Assembly (NCBI RefSeq): GCF_009914755.1
Contig: NC_060945.1
Source of the DNA: the human T2T-CHM13v2.0 reference genome, Homo sapiens
Direction: 5' to 3' (one strand)
DNA length: 64,000 nucleotides
The notes beneath the pieces are model-generated. The model ran no database searches. It saw nothing but the letters and a program-made list of their open reading frames with translations, and was not told the DNA's origin. A program made the translations under genes and the position numbers. Positions 1-15,249 of this stretch are shown here, one piece after another; position 1 is the first letter of the stretch, and each line of letters opens with the position of its first letter.

Positions 1-270
1 CACTGCACTCCAGCCTGGGTGACAGAGCAAGATCCTGTCTCAAGATCCTTTTAAGGCTCCATCTCAAAAAAAAAAAAAAAAAAAAAAATTAGCCAGGCAT
101 GGTAGCACCCTTCTGTAATCCCAGCTACTCAGGGGGCTGAAATGGGAGGAACGCTTGATCCCAGGAGGTAGAGACTGCAGTGAGCCATGATCGCACCACT
201 GCACTCCAACCTGGATGACAGGGCAAGATGCTGTCTCGAAAAAATAAAATAAAAGATAAAATAAAAAATG
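1..270 (+). mobile_element. Alu composite (3' ends plus AluJ right arm)
   Basis: CACTGCACTCCAGCCTGGG, A-tract, then a right arm with tail. Confidence 0.9.
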
Positions 271-1180
271 TAATTTAATTTAGAGAGAGAGGGAAATAGA
301 AAGAGCTCCTGGAGCACAATAGTTTTATTATAATCATTAGATTATGGCTTGAGGAAATCTGCCCCAAACATCTCTAAAGAACTAATAAGGATATAGGCAC
401 CTCAGTGTTTGAAAAGGTAGCTTTTAAAGGCATAAAGCCAGTTGCCTTATCTTAAGGAACAGACATTCACTGTCAGACTATAGGACAACACCCTCAGCCC
501 TGGTAGGTATGATTGGATTTCCACTCTAGCATTCACTGGGCACAATAGCTACGCGCTCTTCTCAAAGGATGTTGGAAGACACAAAATGACCTCATTGCTG
601 GTATGGTGTCCGCAATAATATCTCCCAGCTGCTCTAGGCTGTATTCACAACAAAGGAAGCTTGACTTTGTGCAGCCCTCCAGGCTGTTAACTCTCAGGAG
701 CCCATCCATCTACAACAGACAATATGGATAGGAACAACGTGGGGGTGGAGGTGGAAAAAAACAGTGAAAAAGAAAAAAATGCTAACATATTTCAATTTCA
801 TAAAGAGTCAAGTGTTATGTCACTTAACGTTTTCTTCCAATCTTTTTTGATACTAAAAAATAAAAGCAAAAAATTATGGAAGTGTATAAAGTAGAAATCA
901 AAAGCACCCCATCCTACTTAATCATTCCCTAATTCCACTCCGCAGAAGTAACGGTTTTCAACCGTTCAAAATCTTTCCTTCCAGATATTTTTAGAATGCA
1001 AATATTTGCGCTTATATACATGTGAGCATACTGACTTGTTTTACCTAGATTATATCATACTATACATGCAAATTTGCCTTGTGTTTACTTTGCTTAAATG
1101 ATTGCAAGATTGTTCTACCAGTACATAAAATCTGCCTTCCTCATTCTTTCTAAGAGCTGCAGTTTCTATTAATGATTACT

Positions 1181-1493
<313 letters not shown>

Positions 1494-2424
1494 TTATTTC
1501 CAGTTTTATCCTGTTATAAGCAATACCCATTCTTTTCCTATTTCTGTGCTGTTATTTGAGTATTTGTGAAGGATAAACTCTTCCAAGTCGAATCTGTGTC
1601 AGTGGGTATACAGAGTTTTCACATGGCTGCACCATACAGTCTTTGCAACCATACTGTAAAGCTAATAGTCTTGCTTTCATTTTAATATTAAGGAAAGTGA
1701 GAACCACAACATCCGGTATTTTCACCCAAAGTCTGGCAGAAATTAAGTGCAAAGATTAAAACTACATTCCTTTCAAATCCAAGTTCAAGAGTGGCTTAGA
1801 CAGACAACGTCAAGAGCAGCAGTGGGCAGAATGGAGGCTTCTGGAGCAGGCATGTAGACACCCCTAAATGCTTAGGATGAGTAAACCAGAACTCCTTACT
1901 GACCAGACTGTGTAGCTCCAGCCTTTTACCATTCCCAAGATGAGGACGGTCCAGGACAGCTTTACAGAGATAACAAAGAAGTAGGATTGGCAACCCAACA
2001 AGTCAAAGTAGCCGTAACCGTAGCCACTCCCATGACCAAGCAGAAGCAGCTTCCAGAAGGAAGCAGATAGATTTGTTGTTGTGACAGTCTGGGACAGCCA
2101 CACTTTGGGTGGAACAAATGAGGGCCACTGAGTCACAGAGGAACTTGGAGGCTAAGGCAGAGTGAACTGTGAATTCGAAAGACTTTCCCTGTGTTATCAA
2201 ACACTAATGAGAAACTGATCACATAGTGGTTAGTGTTACATAAAATTAACCTATAAACCTCCACATTCATGGGTGCAAAGCTTTAGTTACATCTCAAAGA
2301 AGAGTTTTGATTTTAAAATGTATGTATTCAATGTTCTTCTTTCATAAGCCAAAAATATTCTTTATTTTCATAATAGTAATGTGTCGTTTGTTGACTACCT
2401 ATAACTTCCAGACACTGTTAGAGG

Positions 2425-2678
2425 CTTTCTTTCTTTCTTTCTTTCTTTCTTTTTTTTTGGAGACAGAGTCTTGGCTCTGTTACCCAGGCTGGAATGCAGT
2501 GAGTAGCTGGGAATACAGGTACATACCACCATGCCCGGCTAATTTTTTTTTATTTTTAGAAGAGACGTGCTTTTGCCATGTTGGCCAGGCTGGTTTTGAT
2601 CTCCTGACCTCAAGTGATCCGCACGCCTTGGCCTCCCAAAGTGCTGGTATTATAGGCGTGAGCCACCACGCCCAGTCC
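2425..2678 (-). mobile_element. Alu, internally deleted
   Basis: Antisense Alu; TSD TAGAGGCTTT. Confidence 0.9.
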
Positions 2679-2698
2679 TAGAGGCTTTCAAAAATATA

Positions 2699-2990
<292 letters not shown>

Positions 2991-2994
2991 TTAC

Positions 2995-4490
2995 AATATG
3001 CCTTCCTTTAATCCTTGTGAATTTGAAGTTGTTTTCTTTTAATATAAAGCAAAATTGATCTATAACTATACAGCCAAGAATTAGCAAATATCTGCAGAAA
3101 ACCTCTAATAAAATGCAAAGACCACAATAAACAAACAGAAAGGAAAACTTAGGAAAAATAGAAACTATGCCAGGAGAAGAAAACAAAAAAAAAATTATAT
3201 ATAAAATGAAAATAAGAATCTATACTTTTAAAAAGAACATTCAGAAAATAAGTAAAATGAAAACATAAATTAAAAAGTCATTTATGTGGATGTGGAGAGA
3301 GGGGGAGTATGTTAGTATTTAGGAAATTTACCACAGATTTGAGCTAAAATAAGAGAGAAATTATGGAAATTTAAAAACCATACAAAGAGACCAAAGGTTT
3401 TAGCAAATAGAGAGTAAGTCACTGAAGAAATAAGTTTGTTAATTACCCAGAACTCTCAGATAAGTTTCCAGGTTGAAAAAGTTAATTACACATACAACAT
3501 AATAGACAAAAATAGAACCATGTACGTCGTGAAATTTCAGGAAAATGGCACAAAAAAAGATCCTAAGAGTTTCCAGAAAGAAAAAAGAAAAAAAAAAAGG
3601 TTAAATACAAAGAATGCCTTCAGACTTCTCACCAAGAAGACTAGAAAGTAAAAGGCAATAGAACAATGCCTTAGAAATTCTGAAGGGACATTTTTCCCCA
3701 AACTCAAATACTGTATCCAGATAAACCCTCCATTGACTGTGATGATAGAGAGTCAAGAAAATAGCTTTCAGACATGCAAGGACTGAAAAAAGTTGCCTCC
3801 CGTGCATTCTTCGTCAGGATGCTACTAAAAGATTAGGCCCATTAATAGGAGGGAATAAATCAAGAAACAGGAAAGTATAAAATACAGGGAAAAGGAGATT
3901 CAACATGAGAAAGGGGTGGCAGGACTCTACTAGATGATGTAAATAGTACAGAATGACAGCTGTACACTGGCATAGAGGACTAGTTCCAACTGCAGTTAGT
4001 CAAAAGCCTCTGGAAGAAATTTCTCCCAGCACAATGTAATTGCTAGAATATCCCCAGATAACTGGCAAAGGCTTTGTGTTAAATAGCATGTTTTCCAAAC
4101 TGGGATGTACTGACAGCAAGAGAAAGCATTGCTATTTATTACACCAGACAAACAGGCATAGACTGGGATGAAGGGTCAGAGTGGTATGAACAAAAGAATC
4201 TTCAAGAAAGGAAAATGGTCATAGTGGCATGAACAAAAGGAACATTATGATTACAAACCTGTGAATATCTCTCATAATATGTGAACACTGATTTTTAATC
4301 CAAACAAAATTACAGCATAATCATAGTGAAAAAATAAGTAAATATATGGAAGGAGTGGATAGGTGTGGTGAAGATGGGAGAAGAAAGAAAACAAAATCCT
4401 CATCTTCTACAGTGAGAAACTGATAGACAACGCATAAAACTGAAAAATAAAGTAGTCCTATAAGCATGTTATTTACAGGCAAAAAAGTAA
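2995..4490 (+). mobile_element. Ancient L1/HAL1 ORF1-region fragment
   Basis: A-rich; degenerate ORF1 motifs (CAGACTTCTCA...CTAGAAAG...GAACAATGCCTT...CTGTATCCAG...TTCAGACATGCAAGGACT). Confidence 0.6.
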
Positions 4491-4495
4491 ATACA

Positions 4496-4622
4496 AGCTG
4501 GGCATAGTAGTGTGCACCTGTAGTTTCAGCTACTTGGGAAGGCTGAGGTGGGAGGATCACTTGGGCCCAGGAGTTTGAAGCCAGCCTAAGCAACAAAGTG
4601 GAAACTCATCTTTAAAAAAAAA
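4496..4622 (+). mobile_element. FLAM/Alu monomer
   Basis: Monomer whose tail runs into a purine microsatellite. Confidence 0.85.
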
Positions 4623-4945
4623 GAAGAAAGGAGGGAAAGAAGGAGAAAGAGAGAGAGGGGGAGGAATGAAGGAAGGAAGGGAAGGAGGAAGGGAAGGAGA
4701 AAGGAAGGGATGAAGGAAAGAAAGAGAAAAAGAGGAAGGGAGGGAGGAAGGAAGGAAGGAGGGAGAAGGGAAGGGAGGGAGGGAAGGAAAGAGAGAGAGA
4801 GGGAAAGAAAGAGAGAAAGAAGGAAAGAAAGAAAGAAAAAGAGAAAGAAAGAAAGGAAGAAAGAGAAAGAAGGAAGGAAGGAAGAGAGAAAGAGAAAGAA
4901 AGAAAGAGAAAGGGAGGGAGGGAGGGAGGAAGGAAGATAGGAAGA
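4615..4945. repeat. Purine-rich low-complexity tract (GGAA/GAAA/GGGA)
   Basis: About 330 bp of almost pure A/G. Confidence 0.95.
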
Positions 4946-5846
4946 TGGGGGAATGTAGTTTTCCCTAGGGAGAAGAAGATGGGCAGACAGGAACAGGGAA
5001 CTGCTGTTTTTCATAATTATTTGACTCTTTCAGCTTTATACATTTATATCTTTGATAAGAACAAAAAGTAAAAACAAAAATAAAGATGGGAGAGAGAGGA
5101 AAGAAGGGAGGGAGGGAGAGGGCAACATATGTAGTTTTCATCTAGTATAACTTAAAAATGTCAATAGAAATATCAAATCCAAGCTACATTTGACAGGATT
5201 TTCCAAAGTGTAGTTTATTTTGCTTTGGTGAGTTGCAGGGAAAGGGCAGGCAGAGTCTATGTAAAAGAAACCACCCTCCTTTGCGTTTACAAGAGTAAGG
5301 AAACGAGGGCAAACTGAGCTGATGCTGGAGCATGCCGGGTAGTTATGTATTCAGAAATGAGCCACTCCGCAGTGTGTGTTTGCAAAGCCGTGAATCGTGG
5401 GCCTTTAATTTTCTTCGTGGGATTTTCAATAACCAACAGATGTTACTGAGCAATCTATAAAATGCAATTGTGAAAATAAAGGGAAAAAAACCACCCACAC
5501 CTTTTCTTTCTTTGCTATGTTCTTATGGTTGCTGCTACTTCACCCAAACAGATATTGCCTTTTCTGAAGGCACCAAATACCTGTTTGTAATTTGATTTTC
5601 AGAAATCTTAGCCAACATGTTCTGATTAGGCCTAAAGAAAATACGGTGTTGCTAATACCTCTTCATCACTGACTTACCTCCTTCAGGGGTTTGGGAAAAG
5701 GCTATTTTTTTTTTCTAAATTTCATCAGTGATATACTTGTGCAAAGCCCTGTGTGAAGACTATTATCAGAGGCTGCCTCCTGGTAGATATGGACCCCCTG
5801 CCCTCAAACTCTCTACTATAGGTACATATTTTCTTATCTTCTCTGA

Positions 5847-6441
<595 letters not shown>

Positions 6442-6724
6442 CGCGTTTTTTTTTAATAGACTCCACTATAAAACATTTACTAATTCAACTCACATCCTTG
6501 AACTTAAAAACAGAGAAACAATCTAACTTACTGTCAACAATTGCTACAGGCCATGGGATGCCCCCTGCTTTTATGGCACCATGGACCCAGCATTTAGGGG
6601 AGGCAGTAGAGACACATCTAGGACTGAATTCCTACTCCACAAGTGTCTAGCTGTGTAATTTTTTAGGTATTAATCATGCCATACCTCAGTTTCTCTATCT
6701 GTAAAGTAAAAACTGTAAGGCCCA

Positions 6725-7015
6725 GCCAGGCACCGTGACTCATGCCTGTAATCACAATACTTTGAGAGGCTGAGGCAGGTGGATCACCTGAGGTCAGGAG
6801 TTCGAGACCAGCCTTATCAACATAGCAAAACACCATCTCTAACAAAAACTATCCGGGTGTGGTTGCGTAAACCTGTAATCCCAGATACTCAGGAGGCTGA
6901 GGCAGGAGAATTGCTTGAACCCGTGAGGTGGAGGTTGGGTTGCAGTGAGCTGAGAGATCACACCACTTCAACTTCACTCCAGCCTGGGCAAAAAAGCGAA
7001 ACTCCGTCAAACAAA
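6725..7015 (+). mobile_element. AluS
   Basis: Dimer; tail expanded to (GAAA)/(GGAA)n. Confidence 0.93.
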
Positions 7016-7095
7016 AGAAAAGAAAGAAAGAAAGGAAAGAAAGGAAAGAAAGAAAGAAAGGAAGGAAGGAAGGAAGGAAGGAAGGAAGGAAGGAA

Positions 7096-7160
<65 letters not shown>

Positions 7161-7218
7161 GAAGAAAGAAAGAAAGAAAGAAAGAAAGGAAAGGAAAGAA
7201 TGGAAAGAAAGGAAGAAA

Positions 7219-7278
<60 letters not shown>

Positions 7279-7298
7279 AGAAAGAAAGAAAGAAAAGA
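7013..7298. repeat. (GAAA)n/(GGAA)n microsatellite
   Basis: Includes (GGAA)10 at 7060-7099. Confidence 0.97.
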
Positions 7299-8034
7299 TA
7301 AAACAGTAAGGCCTTCACATATGCTTTACCACAGTAAGTGGCTTACTTCAGTAAGGCAATCAACAAACACAGAACTCTCTTTCCTCTTATTTCTTGAGGC
7401 ATGGGGAAAGAGTATGCAGGCATGCCTACTTTCCCTTTCACATGACCCAGGTTCTGCACTGTCTCCTCTTATTTGGGATATGAGAAGAAAGGGAAGATGT
7501 TAGCCAATGAAAGACATCCTTGTGAGCTTGCATTCAATTCACATTAAAGGATCTGGAAAATCAGATCAACCCCCTGGGTTCTGCCCTTTCACTCAAGAGT
7601 CTGGACTTTGTTAAATCACCGGCAGATATATATTTTTTTTCGGTGACACTGTCAAATCAAAGGCCAGTGAGAGCTAGCAGGATTTCTCTCTTTGAAAAGG
7701 GTTTCTAAACAGAAATTACAGGACAATAGTAACTCACTTGTGTCCCTTTAGGAAACGCAGTAAAGAAAAACCATAAGCCATACAACAGACAAATAAATTA
7801 GCAGATTATAACCAGGAATTCCTCATCTTTTCTTCTTGGGTATTGTCTATATTATGATCTTGCATTTGTATAGAATAGAATACACAAAAATCTTAGGGCC
7901 TAGAATATTAGAGGCACTTAAAACCAGTAACCCCAATTTACAGATATAGAAACTGTTCACAGAGATCAATAGCCTTTTCCAACTTACTACAGCTTATTAG
8001 CAGTGGGTCTTATTTCTATCCATGCACTTTACTC

Positions 8035-8169
8035 TTTAGCTTGCAATTCACCAGCTTTAGCTTGCAATTTCAGACACAATGCAATTCATACACAATGCAA
8101 TTCACAATTTAGCTTGCAATTCACTAGCTTTAGCTTGCAATTTCATACACAATGCAATTGTGTATGAAA
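8035..8169. repeat. Complex direct plus inverted local repeat
   Basis: 52-bp direct repeat (8035-8086 / 8108-8159) and 13-bp perfect hairpin (8141-8169). Confidence 0.9.
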
Positions 8170-8264
8170 ACTGTATTTTTGCGTGCCACAGATTTATATA
8201 ACTATATTATTCTGTGATTTAGGAATGAGCTAATAGGCTTTACTTTTATTTTAAGGAACTCTCA

Positions 8265-8600
<336 letters not shown>

Positions 8601-9399
8601 GTTAAAGGGTGAGTGTAAAAGGAAAGGCTGGGTGTTTGGGGAATCAAATAGAAAATAAGGAAATTGTCTAACACTTCATTGGCAAGTCTAGAAATAAAAA
8701 CGAGACTGTTTTTTCTGTTTCTTTCCTCCTTTGTATTGTCCTTAGGTTCCTCTCTGAAGGCAGAAATGTCAAAGATGCTTTGCTAAAACCCAAAAAGTTG
8801 CTATGCAACCTACATTTAAAATTATTTCTTCCTACCTAGAATCCCAGGGATCTATAATTTTGCCATCTAAGAGAGAAACATGCCACGTCAGAAGGAAGGA
8901 GAATATGACAGCAGATTTTGGAATCAATTGTCAATGTAGTTTGCTAGCTTATCATGGTTTCTTAGACACTGTGTGAGCAAATCTCACAAATGGAACTGAT
9001 TTACCATAAAAATGTGCCTAATTTCCATTAAATCTTGTTCGTTGCTTTACTGAGGCACTGAAGTTACCAATGTTCCACTGGTTGACCCTGCGGGGCTATC
9101 TCTAGGTTATGTTACTCCAGAAAATGAATTGTGTATAAAAGAGGCCTTGGAGGAAGGCGTTTTATTCACATCAGTTGTTTTGCACATTGCTTAAGCTAGA
9201 GATGTTAGCAGCTTCTTAAAGAGAGCAGCATTAGCCAGACCTTTGGGGCAATAGTGGGAAATGGAAGTTTCTCTGTCCTATGCTTGATAGAACCATGTCG
9301 GTTGAGACACGTTTCTATCATGCATAGGGCAGGGTATAAGAAATCTGTTTTCAGAGACTTCATGGGATAAATGAAGGCTTAAGAGCCCTTCATATCTCA

Positions 9400-9780
9400 G
9401 TTAAAATCCCAGAGCTGCTATTTGCCCTTGATGAAGTTAACCTTCAAAAGTCATTTCCTTCTTCTAGAATAGGCATGAACCAACTCAAGGGGTTATGATG
9501 AGAATTAAATTTTAAAATCATATGTAAGGTGCTCATCCCAGATGTGGTCATCAGTATGTACATAACAAATGCCAGCAATCTTTTTGATTACAGTGATGAT
9601 GATTATTCTAATTGAGGCACTGCAATTTACCAGCAGTGTGTCCTTGAAAGCACATTTTCTTCAATTGGAAAATGAGGATAATAATATTTACCTTGCAGAG
9701 TTGTTCTGAGGACTAGAAATGCTGTATGGAAAGTAGCCACAGTATCTAGCCTCACACAGGTAGACTCTTGATAACTTGTT
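9400..9780. mobile_element. MIR fragments
   Basis: AAAATGAGGATAATAATATTTACCTTGCAGAGTTGTTCTGAGGA matches the MIR core. Confidence 0.6.
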
Positions 9781-11364
9781 GTTCTTGCTATTTTCACTGC
9801 CACCTATTATTTATATAACAATCTGTTTAAACTTGAGAGAAGCCATGTTTCATATAAAGGCTGGCTTTTCTTGATATAGTAAGTTTTATACACTGTTCTA
9901 TTTGATAAATGTTCACTCAAGAGATAGATTAAATTTCCCTTTGTCTCATAAGTCTCTGTTCAAGTTACCCTAAGCATAATTCCCAAAAGAAAGTTGTGGT
10001 TAAAATCAAACCGGTGTCCACTACTAACAGCAGAGCTTATCAGCACCACCGTGAAAAAGACACACAAAAAATTCCCCAGCTAATTGAGATATGCGCTGTC
10101 AGCAGTTTGGACAAGGCAGGAAACCAACCAGGGTTAGAGGGCCTAGAGAGCATTTTATTCTCTTTGGCCTCAACCTTCTAAATATCTTATTGCCACATAT
10201 AGTTTATTAGTCATAGAAGAATGGGCTTTATTCGAGTAACATTTTGCAGAAGCTGTTAGCCATCTGGTCTGCCCACATTAGGCACCAGATTCTTGATTCA
10301 ATTATCAGTTGGAGCCACATGGTTCCAGCACATCTCTTAAGCAATGCCAAAATACATCCTTTTCAATTGAGAAAAGAGAGGAAGTTAGTGGAGAACACAG
10401 AGCCTGCAATATGGGAGAAAAACATTTAGTTGCTTTGGAAGTCCTAAGTTCCGCCTTATTTTGGCTCTGCACTACCAGTACACCCTTCCCTACCAATTCA
10501 ACCTCCTAGGCATCTATGGCTTAATAATTCCTTCACCAGAATTAACAATGTCCTTCTGCAGGTCTCTCCAGGCTCTAGAATTCTAAAAGACATTCTCTTC
10601 AACTTGGTCAATTTTTTCTCAACCAGGCATATGTTTCTAAAGATTTTTGAATTGATTGGTAAAGTTAAACCCTCCTTCAGGGAACTTAGGCCTCTTTACC
10701 AACTGTTCTCTGATATATCAGTTTCGTTTCCCTGTATTAGCCTGGGTTTCCTGAGACAAGGTAAGAGGAATTTAGGGGCAGTAATCCTAAGGAACAAGAG
10801 TAAGGGACTTAGTAGAAAGGAATTGAGGAGAGAAAGTCAAACCAAACGTATGTTACAAAACTGGTCATCACTATGGGCAACAGAGCCTTGATCCTCCCAC
10901 CTCCTGGAGACTCTCTGAGAAGCCGTGTTGATGTGATGCAGGGTTGTCAACCTGGGGGGATGAAAAAGCAGAGGACTCATCCAGTCGCCCATCTTCTACT
11001 GGTCAAGCATTGCCACATGGAGCGTTCGCACTTCCTCCCTTTTAGGTTTGTCCATGCATCAGAATGGCAGAACACGTTCCCCCAGGCATCTTTACAGGGC
11101 TGTGACAAAGAAGCCCATGGCAGAAAGCACAACACTCACAGTGCAACTAAGACAAGGGGAAGTCTAGTTTCACCTGCCATGCCTGGTAGCCACAGCAATG
11201 ACTGGATTAAAAATGATTAGAACTTCCAGAAAGCTAAATACATGGAGGCCAACAGGAAAATGAAGAAGAATTCATCCAAGTGCCGGGAGGGTGGCACACC
11301 CCTTCCAGACCTCACCCTTGTATGTTTTCATCTGGATGTTTATCCTTTAAAATGTCCTTCTTAG

Positions 11365-11965
<601 letters not shown>

Positions 11966-13073
11966 TAAAAGGTTGGCTCTAAGGTGATAGAAAGCAGATC
12001 AGAGAGGTGACCCTGATGTTCATGTGACCTCAATGGGAAGATTCACATTAATAAGGCTCTCTTCAATATTTTATCAACCTTCATGAATGGTAAAGAAAAC
12101 TTTATCACTTCCATTTCATAATCTGAATCTTGTTTGGGGTGAGAGATATAGTTTTTTTGACAGTAAATGTATATTTTTAAAACTTTCCATGGAGCCTGTT
12201 ACTTCACAAATTATTTTTAAATTATACATTTTAAAAGTGGATTTTTAAAATATTTATTGAACATTTATTATCCTAGATATTTTTGAAGAGGCAGAATACA
12301 AAAAGAACAAAATGAGATCCTTTTCTCCAACAAGCTTATAAACTACTCAAGGGAGACAGGGTAAGACAGATAATTAAAGAGATTGAATGAAGCTAATAGA
12401 GGGAGTAGAACCAATAATGAATGTACTCTAAATTAGTAGCAGTTACTCAGCAGACAGTCATCAATGCTTCAGAATCCTAGCCAGATGTACAGAAACATTA
12501 TAGATTGACCTGACATACATAGAAACAAACATGGATACAAAAACAAACAAGAAAAAACACTATTTTCAGAAGCCAAAATTTTAAACTGCCCTGTAGGGCT
12601 GAGGTTTTAATACCCATTAGAGAATAGAGGATGTAGCTTCAGGGGCTAAAAGTGGAGGAGCTTAAATTGAGTCACCAGGTAATACTGACAATCACAAAAA
12701 AGCTTCCCAACTTACGAAAAATGCATTTAGAAAAATTATCCAACTAACCAAAATAACAGAAAACAATCTTGCTATCTATATACAAATTTAAACCACTCAC
12801 GTAGTGCAAAATTTACAAGCCAAAAAAATTAATGCTTCATTCAGACTATTGAAATTGCTAGGGTCAAGGAGAAGAAAACTAAAAACTGATCTTTTACAAT
12901 CATAACCAGGAAATGCAGAGGCTCTCAACAAAATTCTTCAGTGCAAATGGGTCACCGTAAAAAATTACAACCTTTACAAAGAAATGAACCACCATAATGG
13001 AGAATTAGCAGATACAGCAAAGAGAAAAAAAATAAGTGGTAGAATAATCTGAAAGAGACTCTAAAATAAGTTT

Positions 13074-13917
13074 GTGTGCATCAGTTAGCTTCTGCTGCAT
13101 AACAAAGTTCCCCAGGATTTAATGGCTTAAAACAACAACTACCTCATTTTTGCCGTCAGCAATTAGAGTGGTTCTTCTAGGCTGGGCTGGGTTGGGCTGG
13201 GATAATTACTCAGGTGGGCTCACTCCTATGTCCTCGGTCATCTTATGGATTGGCCAGGCCTGACTGCTTTAAGTTGGTGTTGTCTGGGATGAATGGGACT
13301 CCTGGAGCCCCTTTCCATGTGGTCTCTACAGCAAGCTAGTGAGGGTTTGTTCCCATGGTAATCTGAGGGTTCCAAGAAAGTAGACAGAATTGTGGAAACT
13401 TATTGAGCCTTAGGCTCAGAATTCGTACCATGCCTTATCTCCCACAATCAGTTGGCCTAAATGAGTCACAGGGTCTATTAGTCAATTCTCACACTGCTAA
13501 TAAAGACATACCTAAGACTGAGTAATTTATAAAGGAAAGAGGCTTAATGAACTCACAGCTCCACATGGCTGAAGAAGCCTCACAATCATAATGGAGGTGA
13601 AGGAAGAGCAAAGGGACGTCTGACATGGAAGCAGGAAAGAGAGCGCTTGTGCAGGGGAACTCCCACTTGTAAAACCATCAGATCTCACGAGACTTATTCA
13701 CTACCACAAGAACAGTATGGGGATAACCGCCCCCATGATTCTATTATCTCCACCTGGCCCACTATTGACACCTGGGGATTTTTACAAGGTGAGATTTGGG
13801 TGAGGACACAGCCAAATCTTATCACAGGGCCAATCCAGATTGAAGAATTACAGGGATAGACTGGACTTCTTAGTGGAAGGGAAAGAATCTGTGATCATTT
13901 TTCTGCAACTTGCCATA
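13074..13917 (-). mobile_element. Old MLT1 (MaLR) LTR interrupted by THE1
   Basis: CTGCTGCATAACAAA...GGCTTAAAACAACA is a typical MLT1 end; homology resumes after the THE1 TSD. Confidence 0.65.
13474..13824 (-). mobile_element. THE1 (ERVL-MaLR) solo LTR
   Basis: Reverse complement of the TGATA...GACTAATACA THE1 termini; perfect 5-bp TSD CAGGG (13469-13473 / 13825-13829); inserted into an older MLT1. Confidence 0.92.
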
Positions 13918-13975
13918 ATGATGTAATAACTTAAAAAGATAAAAGAAGAAATAGGAACTAATCAAGGAAGAGGCC

Positions 13976-14335
13976 TGATATGGTTTGGTTGTGTCCTCAC
14001 CCAAATCTCAGCTTGAATTGTAGCTCCCATAATTCCCACATGTTGTAGGAGGGACCTGGTGGGAGATAATTGAATCATTGGGGAGGTTTCCCCCATACTG
14101 TTTTCATGGTAGTGAATAAATCTTACAAGGGCTGATAGCTTTATAAGGGGAAACCCCTTTCACTTGGTTCTTATTCTCTCTTGCCTGCCACCACATAAGA
14201 TGTGCCTTTTGCCTTCCATCATGATTGTGAGGCCTCCCCATCCATGTGGAACTGAGTCCATTGAAACTCTTTTTCTTTATAAATTACCCAGTCCTGGATA
14301 TGTCTTTATCAGCAGCATGAAAACAGACTAATACA
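13976..14335 (+). mobile_element. THE1 solo LTR
   Basis: TGATATGGTTTGG...CCAAATCTCA...AAACAGACTAATACA; TSD AGGCC/AAGCC. Confidence 0.92.
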
Positions 14336-14379
14336 AAGCCAGTATGCAGAAACAATAGGAAAATTTGGGAAAAAAAAAA

Positions 14380-14684
<305 letters not shown>

Positions 14685-15249
14685 TCAAGTGTCAAAGTAG
14701 AAAAGAAGGGATCTAAATACTTCATCAATCATTAAAGCTCTTCCCTATACTCAAGGATCTCTCAACCCCAATTTCCAGAATTAGCCTCCTTCTACTCCTC
14801 CATGTGTCAGCCAAAGCATCTCACTCTCCACAGATGGTTTTGCTTCTAAATTTCCTTCTGTCCAGAATATATCTTTTCTACCAAACTGCTCAATATTTCA
14901 ATATCTCCTTTCAAACTTCTATTTATTCCACCTACCTTTTCTTCCATGGAAATTAAAAATAGAAGTAATAGTATTTATGATTATTTATGATTATAGTACT
15001 TAAGATTCTTTATCATGTTTCAGCTACTGTTCTAAGTACTTTGCATGAATTCTGTTACCTATTCCTACAACACCTTCTCAAGGTAAATACCATTAAAGAT
15101 CCATTTACAGAAGGAGAAAAAAAATCCGTATCTTCCTGACTCATAGTTTTCACAATCTGCATGTTAACTTCCACTCTAAAGTATCATTTCTCAGTTCTCC
15201 TAAAGATATGATTTCTCTAACTTTTGGCTTTTTATTTTTCTTTAAACAG

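Noticed and set aside
8035-8169. CRISPR-like array or pre-miRNA
   Set aside because: Eukaryotic context, no unique spacers, and the 13-bp stem is too short for a pre-miRNA
9051-9632. Similar TGAGGCACTG..TTACCA words near 9051 and 9613
   Set aside because: Short and gapped; compatible with chance
14232-14250. PRDM9 hotspot motif in the THE1 LTRs
   Set aside because: The site reads CCTCCCCATCCAT rather than CCTCCCTNNCCAC, and is further mutated in the other two THE1s
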